Of a stretch of DNA of 64,000 nt, positions 13,716-27,302 are shown piece after piece. Made by a program: the position numbers and the translations under genes. This stretch comes from Eledone cirrhosa (lineage: Eukaryota): NCBI GenBank assembly GCA_964016885.1, contig OZ024746.1, positions 372,001 through 436,000 of the forward strand, in the 5' to 3' direction. Under the pieces are notes generated by a model that ran no database searches, had not been told where the DNA came from, and saw nothing but the letters and a program-made list of their open reading frames with translations. Every line of letters starts with the position of its first letter. Within the stretch, counting starts at the first letter, position 1.

Positions 13716-13791
13716 TTTTAATGTAAATTTGGAGCTGTTCAGAGGCTGGCGGGCCAAGAAAAGGATGGTAAGGAATAACTGTAGTTAGATA
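13716..13791 (-). CDS. FEZ: FEZ/UNC-76 exon (76 nt) YLTTVIPYHPFLGPPASEQLQIYIK
   Basis: ttttttcag| acceptor and |gtaag donor, phase 0 to 1; conserved FEZ motif YLTTVIPY...PP..E.LQI. Confidence 0.95.
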
Positions 13792-13945
13792 CTGAAAAAA
13801 AAAACATTTGATTTAATAACAGCTTATGCAACCACTCGTATATTACAGCTTATATATAGTATAGCTTATATTACTGGTATAATTATGTATAGTACAGTTT
13901 ATATTACTGGTATGATTATATATAGTACAGCTTATATTGCTGGTA

Positions 13946-14220
13946 TAATAATAATAATGAAATTATTGTGTACAGTGCTCAGGTGCACTACAACTCATCA
14001 AAGGTGCATGTATAGTACATAGAATAATGTACAAATGTCAGGGAAGTGAATAGTGTATGAGTCATGATATACATGTGTGTATGTGTATGGAGGGGGAATA
14101 TCAGGTGTAGTGTTGGCAAATCTCAGGAAGCATGGCGGTTTTAGAGGATGCAGTGTCTTGACAATTAACAACTGATGCAGGTAGTTTGTTCCATGCTTCA
14201 GCAACTCTGAGCGAGAAATA
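13946..14220 (-). mobile_element. 3' end of a CR1/L2-group LINE inserted in a short ~34-bp tandem repeat
   Basis: Minus-strand 'FSLRVAEAWNKLPASVVNC' C-terminal motif and an (ATT)n tail. The repeat tatatagtacagcttatattactggtataa resumes at ~14230. Confidence 0.65.
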
Positions 14221-15001
14221 ATGTATAATTATATATAGTACAGCTTATATTACTGGTATAAAATAAGAGTGGACAACAACTGTTAAAGTCTAACAAATAC
14301 ACATTCTAAGAGACTTGCAACAGTTACATGAAATATTCAGTTGAGATTTGTATATAAGAACTAGCTTTTGAACTAGAAATCTCACTGGGAAATGAATGCA
14401 GTGTAAACACACTTTCACTATTCATATTGTACACAGAAAATCATAAGAGATTGTCTTTACACTTTTCAAAGATTATTGTCTCTTCATCAGAAAATATCTA
14501 CCTACAGAGGGCACTTTACAGCACTATCTATATATCGACCCTGAGGTCAACTTTGCCTTTCATCCATTTAAGGTCAATAAAAAAGTACCAGTCACGTACT
14601 GGGTCCGATTCTTCCTCTATGTCTCTTTCTCACTTCCATTCTCTCTCTGTCTATCTTTCTCTGGAAGAAATCTGCTGTAATCAGGCCCGGAGGGGAGATG
14701 GGCTCCACCAGGTTTAAAACAAAGCCCTAGAAATGATGTATCTCAATATGGCACACCTGCAACTGTTTCAGGACCATACATATATCAGCCAGGATGTAGT
14801 TCGTAACTGACTTCATTCTTTTCAGAGCAAGGCTTCTAATTCAAACACTAGTTATTATATTTAATATTAAATCTAATATGTAAATCTAATATTTTGAATG
14901 AATATTTATTACAAAATTTTTAGGTTTTCTTGTAGAGTAGAGTTCATGAGGAGTTTTACAAATATGTTTTAATTTTTTTTTAAAAACAAATTGTAAAATG
15001 G

Positions 15002-18000
15002 TTGTATAGGTGTCATGACAGACAGTACCCAGTCCACACTATAAAGTGGTCCTGTAAGTGTCATGACAGACAGTGTCCAGTCCACAGTGTAAAGTGGTCA
15101 TGTAGGTGTCATGACAGACAGTACCCAGTCCACACTGTAAAGTGGTCATGTAGGTGTCATGACAGACAGTACCCAGTCCACACTGTAAAGTGGTCATGTA
15201 GGTGTCATGACAGACAGTACCCAGTCCACACCGTAAAGTGGTCATGTAGGTGTCATGACAGACAGTACCTAGTCCACACTGTAAAGTGGTCATGTAGGTG
15301 TCATGACAGACAGTACCCAGTCCACACTGTAAAGTGGTCATGTAGGTGTCATGACAGATAGTGTCCAGTCCACACTGTAAAGTGGTCATGTTGGTGTCAT
15401 GACAGATAGTGTCCAGTCCACACTGTAAAGTGGTCATGACAGAAAGTGTCCAGTCCACACTGTAAAGTGGTCATATAGGTGTCATGACAGATAGTGTCCA
15501 GTCCACACTGTAAAGTGGTCATGTTGGTGTCATGACAGATAGTGTCCAGTCCACACTGTAAAGTGGTCATGTAGGTGTCATGACAGACAGTACCCAGTCC
15601 ACACTATAAAGTGGTCATGTAGGTGTCATGACAGATAGTGTCCAGTCCACACTGTAAAGTGGTCATGTTGGTGTCATGACAGATAGTGTCCAGTCCACAC
15701 TGTAAAGTGGTCATGTAGGTGTCATGACAGACAGTACCCACTCCACACTGTAAAGTGGTCATGACAAACAGTACCCAGTCCAAACTGTAAAGTGGTCATG
15801 TTGGTGTCATGACAGACAGTGACCAGTCCCCACTAGAAAGTGGTCATGTAGGTGTCATGACAGACAGTACCCAGTCCACACTGTAAAGTGGTCATGTAGG
15901 TGTCATGACAGACAGTACCCAGTCCACACTGTAAAGTGGTCATGTAGGTGTCATGACAGACAGTACCCAGTCCACACCGTAAAGTGGTCATGTAGGTGTC
16001 ATGACAGACAGTACCTAGTCCACACTGTAAAGTGGTCATGTAGGTGTCATGACAGACAGTACCCAGTCCACACTGTAAAGTGGTCATGTAGGTGTCATGA
16101 CAGATAGTGTCCAGTCCACACTGTAAAGTGGTCATGTTGGTGTCATGACAGATAGTGTCCAGTCCACACTGTAAAGTGGTCATGACAGAAAGTGTCCAGT
16201 CCACACTGTAAAGTGGTCATATAGGTGTCATGACAGATAGTGTCCAGTCCACACTGTAAAGTGGTCATGTTGGTGTCATGACAGATAGTGTCCAGTCCAC
16301 ACTGTAAAGTGGTCATGTAGGTGTCATGACAGACAGTACCCAGTCCACACTATAAAGTGGTCATGTAGGTGTCATGACAGATAGTGTCCAGTCCACACTG
16401 TAAAGTGGTCATGTTGGTGTCATGACAGATAGTGTCCAGTCCACACTGTAAAGTGGTCATGTAGGTGTCATGACAGACAGTACCCACTCCACACTGTAAA
16501 GTGGTCATGACAAACAGTACCCAGTCCAAACTGTAAAGTGGTCATGTTGGTGTCATGACAGACAGTGACCAGTCCCCACTAGAAAGTGGTCATGTAGGTG
16601 TCATGACAAACAGTACCCAGTCCACACTGTAAAGTGGTCATGTAGGTGTCATGACAAAAAGTGCCCAGTTCACACTGTAAAGTGGTCATGTAGGTGTCAT
16701 GACAGACAGTGCCCAGTCCACACTGCAAAGTGGTCATGTAGGTGTCATGACAGACAGTGTCCAGTCCACACTGTAAAGTGGTCATATTGGTGTCATGACA
16801 GACAGTGTCCAGTCCCCACTGGAAAGTAGTCATGTTGGTGTCATGACAGACAGTGTCCAGTCCCAACTGGAAAGTGGTCATGTAGGTGTCATGACAAACA
16901 GTACCCAGTCCACACTGTAAAGTGGTCATGTAGGTGTCATGACAGACAGTACCCAGTCCAGACTGTAAAGTGGTCATGTAGGTGTCATGACAAACAGTAC
17001 CCACTCCACACTGTAAAGTGGTCATATTGGTGTCATGACAGACAGTGTCCAGTCCCCACTGTAAAGTGGTCATGTTGGTGTCATAACACACAGTGTCCAG
17101 TCCCCACTGTAAAGTGGTCATGTAGGTGTCATGACAGACAGTACCCAGCCCACACTGTAAAGTGGTCATGTAGGTGTCATGACAGACAGTACCCAGCCCA
17201 CACTGTAAAGTGGTCATATTGGTGTCATGACAGACAGTGTCCAGTCCCCACTGTAAAGTGGTCATGTTGGTGTCATGACACACAGTGTCCAGTCCCCACT
17301 GTAAAGTGGTCATGTAGGTGTCATGACAGACAGTACCCAGCCCACACTGTAAAGTGGTCATGTAGGTGTCATGACAGACAGTACCCAGTCCACACTGTAA
17401 AGTGGTCATGTAGGTGTCACGACACACAGTGTCCTGTCCACACTCTAAAGTGGTCATGTAGGTGTCATGACACACAGTGTCCAGTCGCCACTGTAAAGTG
17501 GTCATGTAGGTGTCATGACACACAGTGTCCTGTCCACACTGTAAAGTGGTCATGTAGGTGTCATGACAGATATTGTGCAGTCCACACTGTAAAGTGGTCA
17601 TGTAGGTGTCATGACAGACAGTGCCCAGTCCACACTGCAAAGTGGTCATGTAGGTGTCATGACAGACAGTACCCACTCCATACTGTAAAGTGGTCATGAC
17701 AAACAGTACCCAGTCCACACTGTAAAGTGGTCATGTAGGTGTCATGACAAAAAGTGCCCAGTCCACACTGTAAAGTGGTCATGTAGGTGTCATGACAGAC
17801 AGTGCCCAGTCCACACTGTAAAGTGGTCATGTAGGTGTCATGACAGACAGTACCCAGCCCACACTGTAAAGTGGTCATGTAGGTGTCATGACAAAAAGTG
17901 CCCAGTCCACACTGTAAAGTGGTCATGTAGGTGTCATGACAGACAGTGCCCAGTCCACACTGTAAAGTGGTCATGTAGGTGTCATGACAGACAGTACCCA

Positions 18001-19020
18001 GCCCACACTGTAAAGTGGTCATATTGGTGTCATGACAGACAGTGTCCAGTCCCCACTGTAAAGTGGTCATGTTGGTGTCATGACACACAGTGTCCTGTCC
18101 ACACTGTAAAGTGGTCATGTAGGTGTCATGACACACAGTGTCCAGTCGCCACTGTAAAATGGTCATGTAGGTGTCATGACACACAGTGTCCTGTCCACAC
18201 TAAAGTGGTCATGTGGGTGTCATGACAGACAGTGTCCAGTCCACACTGTAAAGTGGTCATATTGGTGTCATGACAGACAGTGTCCAGTCCACACTGTAAA
18301 GTGGTCATGTAGGTCTGATGACAGATAGTGTCCAGTCCACACTGTAAAGTGGTCATGTTGGTGTCATGACAGACAGTGTCCAGTCCACACTGTAAAGTGG
18401 TCATGTAGGTGTCATGACAGACAGTGTCCAGTCCACACTGTAAAGTGGTCATGTAGGTGTCATGACAGACAGTACCCAGTCCACACTGTAAAGTGGTCAT
18501 GTTGGTGTCATGACAGACAGTGTCCAGTCCACACTGTAAAGTGGTCATGTAGGTGTCATGACAGATATTGTGCAGTCCACACTGTAAAGTGGTCATGTTG
18601 GTGTCATGACAGACAGTACCCAGTCCACACTGTAAAGTGGTCATGTAGGTGTCATGACAGACAGTACCCAGTCCACACTGTAAAGTGGTCATGTTGGTGT
18701 CATGACAGAGTGTCCAGTCCACACTGTAAAGTGGTCATGTAGGTGTCATGACAGATATTGTGCAGTACACACTGTAAAGTGGTCATGTTGGTGTCATGAC
18801 AGACAGTGTCCAGTCCACACTGTAAAGTGGTCATGTAGGTGTCATGACAGACAGTGTCCAGTCCACACTGTAAAGTGGTCATGTAGGTGTCATGACAGAC
18901 AGTGCCCAGTCCACACTGTAAAGTGGTCATGTAGGTGTCATGACAGACAGTGCCCAGTCCACACTGTAAAGTGGTTGTATAGGTGTCATGACAGACAGTG
19001 CCCAGTCCACACTGTAAATG
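15002..19020 (+). repeat. 48-bp satellite (~4 kb) derived from the RTE family A 3'UTR
   Basis: Unit tgtaggtgtcatgacagacagtacccagtccacactgtaaagtggtca. The array runs directly into the RTE/SINE tail (aggaagggcatccagc...(GAT)n, 19020-19180). Confidence 0.95.
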
Positions 19021-19761
19021 TGGTTGGAGTTAGGAAGGGCATCCAGCCATAGAAACCAAGCCAAAATCAGTTCTGTATGAACAAGACATGGTCATCCGAC
19101 CTAGCTTGTCTCACAACAGGATAACTCATCTAACTCATGCTAGTGTGGTAAACTGGACGTTAAACAGTGATGATGATGAGTGGAGTGAGTTTCCTCATAT
19201 TAGAAAAACTTATGTTGAGTGTTTTTATGATAAACTTTTCAATATTTTAAACGGATAGAGCAGTGGTTGTTAAGGTGCTGTCACCCCCTAGGGATTCAGT
19301 TCTATTTAAATATTTTGATTGGATATTTTCTGTTGTTTTCAACAATTTGTATTAATTAAACATTAGCAGCTAATTAGCTGATAAAGGGTGTCAAATTGGT
19401 AGAGTGGCTAGAACATCCAATGATTTGTAGCAGCTAAGTAGCTGATTATAATCAGCTACTTAGCTGAAACTTAAAGCTGTTTTGTCTTATGTGGTAGGGA
19501 TGGGGGATGGACTATTAAAATCTCAAGAAGTGCTGTGATAGAGCATTATTGTTGTCATCATCATCATCATAGGTAGAAGTACATAATCATTAATGACCAA
19601 CATATAATCAACTGTTTTACATGTGGTCTCTGTGTAAACTTATCTTGGTTAGGGTTATTTTAAACCAAATCACGCATTAAAATAGGTGGTTTGGTTCCAT
19701 AGAACCAGAGCCAGTTTTTGCCAGGTTAATATAAGGGGGTCAAAGAATAGATTCAACTTAC

Positions 19762-20009
19762 CGTTCCAGCACCTTCTGCCATTGTATTATTAACTTTTAC
19801 TTTCTTCTTCTTTTTGTCCACATTGTTTTCACGTCTTTTCTTCTGAAGAGTCAGCAGTAGAGAGATGAACTGATTCTTAAGTTCCTTGTCATATTCAAGC
19901 TCATCACGTAAGGCTAATTCAGTGACCAGAGTTTCTGATAGCTCTTTTATGGTCAGCTCAAATTGGGCAAGTAACTCATTCAGATCTGCCGTTGACATGC
20001 TTTTCATCT
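19762..20009 (-). CDS. FEZ: FEZ/UNC-76 coiled-coil exon (248 nt)
   Basis: atattttcag| acceptor and |gtaag donor, phase 1 to 0. 'IKELSETLVTELALRDELEYDKELKNQFISLLLTLQKKRRE' matches the FEZ coiled coil (LA.RDELE..KE.KN.FIS). Confidence 0.95.
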
Positions 20010-20849
20010 CTGAAAATATATGGAAAAAATAGTTTTCTTTTAGTCACATAAATTCCTATTTCATCATTTAACAATAAGGACTCTGAATTGGTAGAGTCGG
20101 TAGAGCGTCAGATAACTGCTTAGGACTGTGAATTGGTAGAGTGTCGGATAACTGCTTAGAAGCTTAAAAGACGGAAAAAGAAGTTGCCATTGGCTGCTAT
20201 GAGGAAAGCCCATATCTCCCAGATACTGGATTAGGTTCAATTCATCAGAATGACCAATGGTTACTTCTGTCTTTTAAGGGTCTTCACCCTATTTAATAGC
20301 ATCTCTGCACATGAGTACATCATCCTTTATATTAATAATAATAGTTACTGTGGAGAGAAAGGTAGGATAAATGAAGGGTTTCTATTTCTAAACTGTAAAA
20401 CCTGACTAGTGTAGAGACAAAAAAAAAATTAAGCTAGAAAACTAATTATGGAAGCAGGTAGGCTGGCCTTTATTAGCTCCATCACTAATCCTTTCATTGA
20501 ACTAATGATTAAAACAATGTGATACAGTTAACACGTGTAAACAAAGAAACTGTGTCATGCTAACTTTAAAGATAGATTAACACCATTGTTAACATGGGAG
20601 ATATCCTCACCTCTATATCATTCTATGGTAATATAGTTATGACTAAGATATCCTCACCTCTATATCATAAATACTCCAGTCATTGTATGGTGTTGTAGTT
20701 GAACCTTTGTTAAGTTATGTTCCAAACACTACCTTGATAAAGATAAAAGTTAGTTATCTTATTAAATCCCTCCAAATTCTTGATTATTTTCAAAATGATT
20801 TGAAAATCATTGGCAGTGAGTATCACCATCAATATGGCCATAGTCTTCT

Positions 20850-21340
20850 TTCTCTTTGATCCTTAGCTGGTGATTGAGGGAGACTTTCCTCTCAACCAAT
20901 ACACTGCTGTGTATTGGTTGAGATGATGGACTCCGATGTTCTTCCACACTTTTCTATCCATGGCACTGACCTTAACATGGTCGAGGTGCTGCAATTTCAG
21001 GTCCTCCTTTGTTTCACCCATGTCTTGGTGTACTGGATTCTCCAGTACATGGGTCACTATCATGACAAATGTTGGTGTGGTAGTCAGTGCTCATCCTGCA
21101 GACATGGCCAAACAACTGTAGCCTGTGTTGCCAGATTTGGTCTTCAATGGTTGGCTGCTGTTGGTATTGTTCTCAGATGTTTGAGATTTGGTCATGTAGA
21201 GAGACACCAAGGATCTGTCGAAGACATCACATTTAGAACACTTCAAACTTGTTCAGGTCTTGATTGAGACTGGTCCAGGTCTCAACACTGTAGAGGAGGA
21301 CAGGTAGGACCAGTGTGTGGAAAAGACGGATCTTGGTCTT
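20850..21340 (-). mobile_element. Degraded RTE-clade LINE 3' fragment
   Basis: 'TKIRLFHTLVLPVLLYSVETW' at ~21275-21338 and 'AMDRKVWK' near 20940-20965. Confidence 0.6.
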
Positions 21341-21397
21341 AGTCTAATGACTGAAACCAGTAAAAGTACAACAAAAATAAAAGAATAAAAAAACTAC

Positions 21398-21509
21398 CTG
21401 TTTCTGTAATTGTTTGCAAGTGTTTTAAGGTTTCTTTCACTTTTGTATAGCTATCCATTTCCTCAGATACTTCTTCTTCTTCTTCGGGTGACTCTTCACT
21501 TGGGGAGTC
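21398..21509 (-). CDS. FEZ: FEZ/UNC-76 acidic linker exon (112 nt) DSPSEESPEEEEEVSEEMDSYTKVKETLKHLQTITET
   Basis: tgttgttag| acceptor and |gtag donor, phase 0 to 1, in frame with the 20009 exon. It begins 'DSP', like the segment after 'EEMMQ' in FEZ proteins. Confidence 0.85.
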
Positions 21510-22306
21510 CTAACAACAAAAACAATATAGAATGTAAGGTTTAAGGAAAGTGGAGTAAGACTGAAATTTAAGACAAGTTTTTTTGTCTCATGCAAAGGCT
21601 ACTATGGCACATTTTAACTAAAGGGTCATGCACAACAATGTAGCTGGGTTCTCTAGCTTAGTATAAATACAGAAATAAATTTACACACACTATGCTAGGG
21701 GACCTGGGATACTTTTTTGTATGCCACCCTGTATAATATAGTTGGAAAAAATTAGAGATATAACCACCTGAGACTGAAAACAATTTAACCCCTTGGTGCT
21801 GAGGGTTGGTATGCCTGAGCTGGGCAGTGTGGTGAGCTTCTGCTGGCCAACAAAATGGCTCAAATAGGTTGTATTTATCATTTCTGCTGGCCAAACTTCC
21901 TCCCATGCATCCCCATCGTGGCACTGGCTCCACCAAATTGGGTTGGGTGTGAAAGCGAGAGCTCGGCGCTATAAATGATGCAATGCTTGATTGCACTATC
22001 CTAAAGTGGATATATTTGCAGTTGGGCACCACTTGTGAAACCAATCACCTGAAGACACTCCATTGAAATGAACTTACACCATGAATTCCTTCAATGAAAC
22101 TGGCTCAACCGACCCTGGGTGAACGCTGCCACAAGCACAAGTAAGTAAGTATTGTAATTATAACACAGCCTTCCAGCATGTGGCAGTTCCTACAGGTGAC
22201 TGTTTATTTTTATCAGCCTCAGGGGGTTTTATCCCTGGTATTTATACAAAGCTGTATACAACTAATATATACTGTTGTGGCCTTTGCAAGAGACAAAATA
22301 TTCTCT

Positions 22307-24422
22307 GGGTTATATCCCACGACCAGAAACAGGAGGTGTTCAGGATTGTGAGACAGTGCGTCAGAGAAAATTGTGATGTCATTGGAGAGAAGTGTGTTCG
22401 GAATGATAAAGTGCAGAGAAGAAAGCTGTGTGGAAGAGCCATGATGACAGATTACTAAATGAGGAGAATGCATGGGAGAAAGAGACCCTACTCCAAGTGG
22501 ACCCTATAGAGGAGCCAGCAGTACAAGTCAGCAGCAGCATAGTAAGTAAGGCATTTAAAGATATGAAGACTGGGATGGCAACCGGTCCATCGGGTGTAGC
22601 TGCTGAGATGCTGAAAGCATCTGGGTCTGTAGGTCACACCATAACCACATATATTGTTAACCAGGTAATACTAGAGGGTGTCATACCAAATGATTGGTGC
22701 AGCAGCATCATTGTCAACTGCTACAAGGGTAAAGGAGATGCACTAGATAGAGGGAAAAGAGGTATAAAGCTGATGGACCAGGTCATGAAAGTAATGGAAA
22801 GAGTTATAGCACAGCTGATTAGGGTAAAACTAGATGAGATGCAATTTGGGTTTGTCAGGAAAAGGCACCACTGATGCCCTCATCCTTGTGAGGCAGTCAC
22901 AGGAAAAGTACCTAGTTAAAAGTAAGCCGCTCTACCTGGCATTTGTTGATCTGGAAAAAGCCTTCAACAGAGTGCCCCATGCTGGTGGGCTCTTAGAAAA
23001 TTAGGAGTAAATGAATGGCTTGTGAAGGCAGGCTGTACAAGACATGTATAGGGGAGCAGTCAGCAAAGTTAAGGTTAACAATGACTATAGCGAGGAATTT
23101 AGCATACAGGTCGGTGTCCATCAGGGCTCTGTTCTTAGCCCCTCTCCTGTTTATTATTGTATTGCAGGCTGTAACAGAGGAGTTTAAGACCGGATGTCGA
23201 TGGGAACTTCTGTACGTGGATAATCTTACACATATAGCTGAATCTATGGTGGAACTAGGGAAGAAATTCCAAACATGGAAGCAGGGCCAAGAAAGAAGAG
23301 GTCTAAAAGTCAACCTGACAAAGACTAAGGTCCTCGTTAGTAGACGAGAAAACAGAACCCAGATCCTATCAGGGAAAAGGCCTTGCTCAGTATGTACGAA
23401 AAGTGTAGGTAGGAACTCCATCCTTTGCTCCAAATGCAAACTATTGGTACACAAGAGATGTAGCGGGATCTCAGGAAGCTTAATTAAGAATGTAGGCTTC
23501 ACATGTAGCAGTTGCACCGGGACAGTAAGCATCAAACAGCTACAGGAAACAAGCACTACCAAACTCTGGGAGGGCTCTGTAGAAACAGTAGACAGCTTCT
23601 GCTACCTAGGTGACAGAATTAGCAGCGGAGGTGGGTGTTCTGAAATTACAGTAACCAGAGTAAGAACAGGATGGAAGAAGTTCAGGGAGTTACTACCACT
23701 GCTAGCTGCAAAAGGCTTTTCCCTCAAAATAAAAGGCAGACTGTATGATGTGTAGATACGAACAGCAATGTTACATGGTAGTGAGACCTGGGTGCTATTC
23801 GAAAGAAATGAAGCTTGTATGCTCCAATGGATGTGTAATAGTAATATACGCAAACGGCAAAAAATAAACGAATTGAAAGAGAGACTGGGCATAAGAGGAA
23901 TCAAATGCAGTGTGCAGGAGAGCAGGGTGTGTTGGTATGGGCATGTGATGTGTATGAAGGATGACAGCTGCATAAAAAGGTGCAGAGCACCAAAAGTCAA
24001 TGGAAGCCTTGGAGTGGGAGGCCTAAGAAGACCTGGGATGAGGTGATAAAAGCTGACCTTACCCAATTGCACCTCTCAAAGACGATGACACACGGCCGTG
24101 ACCTCTGGCGTCATGCAATAATACAGAAGACACAAGTTCCGACGGGAACAAACCAAAGCTGAAGCATATAGACAGTATGCTCCCATGCCCCTCCCAATGT
24201 AAAGTGGTCATGTAGGTGCCACAACAAAAAGCACCCAGTACTCAGTACTCACTGTAAAGGAGGTTGGTGGTAGGAAGGGCATCCAGCTGTAGAAAATCAA
24301 GTCAGAATCAGTTCTGTATGAGCAAGACAGGGTCACCTGACCTGGCATTGTCCACAACAGGACAACCAATCTAACCCATGCTAGCATGGAAGAATGGATG
24401 TAAAACGGTGATGATGATGATA
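22307..24422 (+). mobile_element. 5'-truncated RTE-clade LINE, family A, with a 54-bp target-site duplication
   Basis: RT motifs ([38 protein letters not shown]), frameshifted, with a (GAT)n tail. Direct repeats at 22253-22306 and 24428-24481. Confidence 0.93.
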
Positions 24423-24751
24423 TTCCATGTACACAACCAATATATCCTGTTGTGGCCTTTACAAGAGACAAATAATTCTCTTAAGTTTCAAATAAACAAA
24501 ATAATTTTCTATATTTCAGCACCAAAATATTTCCCTTTCAAAAGTTAAAGTCAGTGAAGTGAAAGAGTCTGCTTTGTGTCATCTTTCCTGGCTCTCAACA
24601 GTTCAAATTCCACCAAAGTCAACTTTGCTTTCATCTGTTCAAGGTTGACAAAATATCAGTTTAATACTGAGGTTAATTTTTCTTCCTTCATCTCTTTTTC
24701 AACAGTCTCTATGGAGGGATGGGCTACCCTATATATATAATATATATATAT

Positions 24752-26812
24752 ATCATCATCATCATCATTTTACATCCACTCTTCCCTGCTCGCAAGGGTG
24801 GGACGGGTCTTATTCAGCACAGCATCTCTCCACTCGTCACGGTCCTTCGTCATCTCCACCGTGAGCTTCAACGATCTGAGGTCTGTTCTCACCACCTCCG
24901 CCCATGTTTTTCGTGGTCTACCTCTACCACGTCTTCCTTCAACTGGCATTTCCTGGCACTTCTTCACCCATCGGTCATCTCCCATGCACATCACATGTCC
25001 ATACCACCTCAGTCTCCTCTCCCGTACACTACATTCTATCCCTCTCAGACACAGTTTCTCTCTCAACACATTTATGCTGGGTCGTTCACGCACATCCAAC
25101 GGAGCATGCTTGCCTCATTTCTCTCCAGCCGCCGCATATCCTCTGCAGTTGCTGCCCATGTCTCACTACCATGCAACATCGTGCTCATCACACAGGCATC
25201 ATACAACCGGCCTTTCGTACACAGGGAGAAACCCTTCTTTGTCAGCAGAGGAAGCAGCTCCCTAAACTTCTTCCAACTCGTCCTTATTCTAGATACTATG
25301 GCCCATCTACTGCATACATATTTCTCCCTACCTGTTAGTTTCCCTGCTATCCCGCTACATCTCTTGTGTCCCCAAGATCTGCATTGTGTGCATTTTATAG
25401 AATTTATGCCAGTTCCTTTTCTGCATATCGAACATAGCCATTTCCCTGACGGAATCAGAGTTTTGTCCTCTTTTCTGCTCATCAACACTTTTATCTTAGC
25501 TAGGTTCACTCTCAGTCCTCTTGCTTCCAACTGCTGTTTCCATAGCCAGAATTTATTCTCTAGCTCCTCTACTGATTCTGCTATAAGAACCAGATCGTCA
25601 GCATAGAGAAGTTCCCATGGACAGCCAGTCTTAAATTCCTCTGTTATGGCTTGGAGGACTATAATGAACAAGAGCGGGCTGAGGACCGAACCTTGATATA
25701 CTCCTACTTGTATCTGGAATTCCTCACTAAACTCCATTCCTACACTGCCTTTACTGAGTACCTCTGTACAAAGTTTGCACTGTCCTCACAAACCATTCCT
25801 CAACACCTAGTTTCCTTAGAGACCACCAGATGACAGATCGGGGTACCCTATCAAAGGACTTCTCTAGGTCAACAAAGGCTAAGTATAGTGGCTTACTTTT
25901 CTCTAAGAACCTCTCTTGCAATTGTCTCACCAAGAAGAGGGCATCTGTTGTACTCTTCCCAGGCACAAAACCAAACTGCATCTCATCTAGTTTGACCCTT
26001 TCTCTAATTAGTTGTGCTAATATCCTTTCTGCCACTTTCATAACCTGATCCATCAGTTTTATACCCCTATAATTGCTCCTCTCCAGAGCATCCCCTTTAC
26101 CTTTGTAGGAATTTATGAGAATACTGCTGCACCAGTCTTTGGGTATGACACCACCATATATAGCCTAATTGATGATGCGTGCAACCAGTTTAGTGCCTAC
26201 GTCCCCTGATGCCTTCAGCATCTCAGCAACTATTCCCGATGGTCCAGCAGCCTTACCATTTTTCATTTCCTTAATCACCTCTTGGACCCTATATTCGTCA
26301 ATCTCAATAGCTGGTCCCTCTGTCGGATCTACTGAGGGTAATTTCTCTCTCTCCCATTCGTTCTCTCATAATGACATTTCCAGGGCTCCTTTTTTTGATC
26401 ATTCGGGACACTAAGTACGCCGGCATCATTCCAGACACATTTATCTCCAACAACATCCTGATTTGCACTGACACACTGCCTTGTAATACAGAACACTGCA
26501 CGTCTCTGATCTTCCCATTGCAGCACATTGGCAAACCTTCTACTCTCAGGTTCCCTGCGTGCTAAGTACACCTAACGTCTCGCTTCTCTCTTAGTGGCTG
26601 TATATTCTTCCCGACTCCCACCCTCTTTCCATGCTAGTCTTTTGTCTCTAATGGCCTTATCTACTATGCTGTTCCACCACCAGGTCACTCTCTGGTTGGA
26701 GCTCTGCTCCAGCCACAAGTTTCATCAGTAGCCTGCAGTAACTTGTCACGTAAGAAATACCAGTTATTATCTATGTCATACGTCTCTAAATCGTCTTCTT
26801 TTTCATCATATA
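24752..26812 (-). mobile_element. 5'-truncated RTE-clade LINE, family B
   Basis: ORF fragments 25751-26053, 25072-25737 (YADD) and 24770-25099; short 3' end with a (GAT)n tail; internal deletion after the Cys-rich finger. Confidence 0.93.
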
Positions 26813-26834
26813 CATCTCGAAGGGATATATATAT

Positions 26835-27010
26835 ATAGGAACGAGTAGGACCCCGATGGCCGAGCTCAGAAAATTTTAGTCCAGAATTAGCCGTCGAAAC
26901 GGCTTGAGCTCAGCCGTCGGGGTCCTGCTCGTTCCTATTACCCACTCTACTACCCTAAGTATTGAGTACTTTGGTGCGTTATGTTCCACCTAGTTCCGTG
27001 CCACATTTCC
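26835..27010 (+). mobile_element. Short hairpin-headed element with a hammerhead-like 3' half (Penelope-like pLTR remnant), copy 1
   Basis: 34-bp inverted arms (26835-26868 and 26905-26938, 3 transitions) and GAAACGGCT-tgagctc-AGCCGTC; flanked by (TA)n. Confidence 0.55.
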
Positions 27011-27187
27011 TTCGTTATATATATATAAGACAGTTATCTCTCCAGCCAGTGTATTCACCATCAATAACTATCCTATACATATATATATATATATGTATAT
27101 ATAATATATCATCATCATCGTTTAGCGTCCATCTTGCATGGTTTGTATAATAATATATATATATTCTTATATATATAATATATATAT

Positions 27188-27232
<45 letters not shown>

Positions 27233-27234
27233 AT

Positions 27235-27265
<31 letters not shown>

Positions 27266-27302
27266 ATATATATATATATATAATAATATATATAATATAT
27301 AT

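Noticed and set aside
15002-19052. Cys/His-rich 16-aa repeat ORFs that mimic zinc fingers or C-x2-C-H heme motifs
   Set aside because: They come from the 48-bp satellite, which traces to a non-coding RTE 3'UTR.
19753-20007. Stand-alone 84-aa ORF
   Set aside because: It is an internal FEZ exon (19762-20009); the ORF end runs into the intron.
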